DNA from: Lingula anatina
Taxonomy: Eukaryota; Animalia; Brachiopoda
NCBI GenBank assembly: GCA_051362555.1
Contig: CM120640.1
Coordinates: 24,662,225 to 24,726,224, forward strand
Length of the DNA: 64,000 bases
Direction: 5' to 3'
The notes below the pieces were generated by a model. That model was not told where the DNA came from and did not search any database. It saw only the letters and a list, made by a program, of their open reading frames with translations. The position numbers and the translations under genes are program-made. Below, in pieces: positions 59,671 to 64,000 of this stretch (positions are counted from its first letter, which is position 1; every line of letters begins with the position of its first letter).

Positions 59671-62297
59671 ATTAAATCACTGCCCTGTAGTCTACCAGGT
59701 GATGGCAGCCGTCCACCCTGAAAGTGTCACAACTGTGTGCAAAAGTTAGACATTGGTCTCCAATTTATGAGTTTTACATGCTTGTGAGACTTTTTTTCCA
59801 CCTTACTGGTGTGGGGATGACCTGGCATAATTGTTGAACTGATGAAGAAAATTATGATCTCAAAATGAAATTCCTCTGAATGTTTTGTGACTGTAGCTTT
59901 ATTCACATCCGTGTGTTGCATCTCTCTGGCAGTGTTTAGGAACTTTTTGTGTGCTTCAGTAATCCATTCTACTCCACTGAAGAGCTGGGATTGGCATGTT
60001 TATTATTTCTAAGCAAAAAATATCATATTCAGTGTTTGGCACCACTTGTTTTGTATGTTTTTTTTCTAGAACTTACAGACATGCAGCTGTATTCTTTTTG
60101 TTATTTTTTTCATCAGTGTTTAATTGGATTTTCAAGAAGCAAGTCACTGTCAGTTAGATAAAACACTATCTCGTTTTTCAAACAAAAACAATGTCAGCAC
60201 TTTACAGGAATGTAATTTAATCAACAGAGGAATTTCTTAATAGTCGATGCATAAGTGTTGATTCAGGGGTATTCCAGATCTCAGCTGTAACAGATGCTGT
60301 TCTCCACTCACTTTCTACACAGAGCTCAACGCATCCAGCAATAATTCTGTGCCACTGTGAGATGGTCATGGGTTACCTCAACGAAACAAATGAGTTCACT
60401 ACAAAGCAAAGTTGTCCAGTAGACCATTGTAGAAAGACTTTAGCAGCTTTGTGACAGTGAGACAGACCTGTTCACAATGGCATCATTACAGAAAACCCCC
60501 CAGGAAGATACTCGTCCATTTCATATATGCATCTTGAGAATGTTGACATATTGTTGCATCTGACATACTAAGTAACATACGATGACATTGCTGTAATATA
60601 TATATGAACTTGATTGTTGTGACTGTATAGCTCAGGAAGTGATTGTTTAAAACTGCACTCTAATATTCACCTTAATTGATGTATATGAATTTTGACCTGA
60701 AGTCAGTGCTACTTTTTACCATTAGCTAGATAATGAATGGAAATTAGCAGAATATTTATGTCTTATTCTGGTGTAGTCACATGATATTGTGAAGCAAATT
60801 TTATAGTGTTGAAGAAACGACATTACCAGTGTTTTAGAAACATAAGGGACAAAATAGAGGGTTAGACCAAAGAAATGCATGAAGATAGTAGGTAGGTTTA
60901 AATGCAAAGGTGGATGAGAGTTCAAACTTAATTTCAAACTAATTCATGTTGGGGTGGTTTGCATGGCACATTTATTTATTTATTAAAGAAAATTTCTTAC
61001 ACAGTTTGTTATTATGAGCTAAATTGTAAACACTTTCCTTATGTATTTTAAGTAGATGGTTATAGCCGCCTTGATGATTGATGTCTGAATATGTAGGTGG
61101 TCAAATATATCACATATATAACGTAATAAAAAAGCTAGGGGACATTCCCAGCACATGGGTTTGTGATTTTTATTGCACTGCCATAACACTGCCATTTGTG
61201 TTATCTTTAAGAAACTTGTTATGATAAACCAGGTCAATTTTGGTAATTTTATATCCATGTATTTAGAGTTAAAAGTACTGGTATTTTAAAATATTATGTA
61301 GAGTAATATATCAGTATGTTTAAAGTGATATATTAAAGGGCTTGAGTTGAATTATTGCCTGTCACAAGTGTATTTAGTACTAGAGATTGCTTTGAGATTC
61401 AAATGGGTGTCTTTTTATGTGCTTCAGATTTGATGTTGAACATCTTAATAAATTATCACACACGTCTAAATCTATATTTCAATTTGTATATAAAGAAAAT
61501 CAGTTATTGTGTTTTATTTGAAATTTCTCAAACTATTATTTTAGTAAAAAGTAAGTGTAAATAGAGTGGACACTTGCCTTTTCAACACTAGTCTCGGGGC
61601 ATAGTATTATATTGTGTACAGAAATATCTATAAAATTGTACAACTAACTTGCAAAGTAGGAACCATGACTAAAAGTTTTCTTACATTAGTTATTTTATTG
61701 AAATAAACACATTTAACTGTTAAAATATTACAAAATACAAGCAGAGCACAGCATACAAGTTATTCTTTTGAAATTCTCTATTCTTCCTTTGATCTTTTTC
61801 CTTTGATGAGTTTGAAAGATTGTCTTTGAAATATGTTGTAGATGTATTAACATGCTCAGAATGGTAATTTTGTATTTGCTTTTAAGTATTCTTCTAATGT
61901 TATACATGTATTGTTTCCCAAACTTTAGGTTTTGTAATAAAGTGTGTATAATAAGTCAAGTGTAGTTCATTTATCTTAATAATTTATCTATTTGTGCTGT
62001 ATCTCTGCAGTAATTTATTACACAAAGACTATATATTGTGCAGAAAAAAGCAAATTTAGGTGTCTCTGGAGGTACCCGAGATTCTAACAGCAATACTTGT
62101 AGCAAGAGATAAAATTGCTGTTTATTTCAATTGAATCAGAAACCTAAATACCTTTAAATGATAGTATTAAATATTCATAAAATGTTAAAATATCAAAAAT
62201 ATATTTATTTGCTAATGAAACATGAAAAGCTCAATACACATTTGGAAGTATTATCACTATGAACTGGCCTGTTGATGGACAAAAGAGTGTCTTGGCT

Positions 62298-62299
<2 letters not shown>

Positions 62300-62343
<44 letters not shown>
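62300..62343. repeat. (TA)n microsatellite
   Basis: About 22 TA units. Confidence 0.95.
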
Positions 62344-62350
<7 letters not shown>

Positions 62351-62622
62351 TCATTCATAATAAATATTTATAAAATTCCAAAACCCTGCAGGGATTTGAA
62401 AATATTACAAATTGCCTCCAATTAGTTGACTTTTTAAAAACAAAGTTCACAAAAGCTCACATCCCTGAAAATTTGTAACACCCTATTTCTATCCAGTCCA
62501 AAAAATTTTTGTGATGCCAGGAGGAATTTTCATATTTTGGTTAAAACGGCATGTAGTATTTCTCCCATCTGTGTACAGAAACAAAATCTCATTTTCTTAA
62601 GTCTACGGTTGCCCAAATTAAA

Positions 62623-64000
62623 TCATCTTCGAAGTCGAAGAAAGAAAGCATGTTTACAGTCTTTTGAATCTTCTGGATAATACTTGTCATAGAAGTCCAG
62701 AATGAATTCTTCTGGTTTGAAACCGAATTTTTGATAGAGCAGCATAGCCGCATTGGTTGCAGAAACGTGAAGAGTAACATCTTTGCCCATACAGGTCTGA
62801 AGGAGAAAAAAATTGAATACATAATTATAACACCTGGAAAAGAGGGGGGTGTAACAAAAATTAGATCTATATCTTAAAATAGCCATTAATATTTCATTCT
62901 GTGTAAAAATCAAACTGATACGCTGTATCTTGAAAAGAAATACACAAAACAATACAAAAAACCTGCACCTATACTTAAAAGAAAGTGGCAAATGCAGCCC
63001 TGAGTAGAGATACTGTCATTACAACTTTATTTTCTAACCCACCTGAATAAGATGATAAAGCATGAAGGTGGCAATCCCACACCTCCGCCACTCTGGGTGG
63101 GTGAAGATGAAGGAGATATAGGCCTCGTTGTACTTTACATCTGGCACCATGAAGGCAAAGCCTATCACAATTTTCCTGTGTTAAAAAATGTTATGAACAG
63201 ATTTATGTAAGAGCCTACTTATTATAATGCCCATTTATATGTCGAAATCCATAATTAGTTACAGAATCAACTTGCAATGAAGTTTCATATTTTAACATTG
63301 CCATAGTTATGTCTACATTTTGCCTGTGATATATGCTGTTTAGATAGATGTCTTTTCAAATTTAATTTGGAGAAACTTACCTGTAGAGGACTACACAACT
63401 GAAGTCTGGATACTGTAGGCACTCGGACACTGGCAATAGAACATTTAATAGAAAATTACAATCAATGAGAACTTCATTTAATTGTTGGAAGATCACATTT
63501 TTATTAGCCTCAACAAACTTTACCTTGTCCAAAAAGTTTCTTCAAATATCCTCTTAATCATTTAAAAGATTAAGCTTTTTAAATTGAAAAGCTTTGTGTC
63601 ATTTTTTACAAGTGGCGCCATTAGTATTGTTGTACCTCCAGAGTCGATCTATAAAACCATTTGAAAATATGCTTTTCATCATATTTTTCACAACAAATTT
63701 AAATCACACTGTAACTTACAATCAATCCCTGGCCAGAAGAATTCTCTACATAGAGCATTTACTGAGGGTATATGCTGTGGTCTCACATAGCAGTAATCTA
63801 TAGGAGGCAAGACTGGTGGCTCCCAGCTTGGGTCATCCCTGTAAAGTTGATTTTCCTATCTTGATAACAAGAGCTGTTTACATCTGCACATCTGATGGAT
63901 TTCTTTTAACATGTGCACATTTGAGCTGTTGGGAAAAATTATCTTTATATGATGTCCATAAATCAATATGCATCAAAGGCATTTTTTTTTCAACAAACCT
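62623..64000 (-). CDS. KAT14: 3' part of cysteine-rich protein 2-binding protein / ATAC2 GNAT acetyltransferase (runs off the window)
   Basis: Exons give ...FWPGID|LSECLQYPDFSCVVLYR|KIVIGFAFMVPDVKYNEAYISFIFTHPEWRRCGIATFMLYHLIQ|TCMGKDVTLHVSATNAAMLLYQKFGFKPEEFILDFYDKY...HAFFLRLRR*. Confidence 0.93.

Overview
AT-rich, intron-rich invertebrate animal genomic DNA (it looks lophotrochozoan, but the species cannot be determined from the sequence). Seven recognisable multi-exon genes alternate in strand: ALKBH7(-), CFAP57(+), TECR(-), DNAJB1/4/5-type Hsp40(+), RAD54L(-), DOT1L(+) and the 3' end of KAT14/CSRP2BP(-). They form three head-to-head pairs. ALKBH7 intron 3 holds an apparently intact 4.8-kb DIRS1-type tyrosine-recombinase retrotransposon (gag, RT-RNaseH-MT, YR, ITRs, ICR) that has inserted into one arm of a small palindromic element. 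Several non-autonomous TIR or foldback elements and a ~165-bp tandem repeat are also present. The most interesting signal is in DOT1L: two tandem 107-nt paralogous exons encode alternative versions of the W305-loop/Y312 segment of the H3K79 methyltransferase domain. A single upstream intronic segment is complementary to the sequence just after either exon's 5' splice site, suggesting mutually exclusive splicing controlled by competing RNA pairing. Exon coordinates were read by eye from GT-AG sites and protein homology, and may be off by a few bases.
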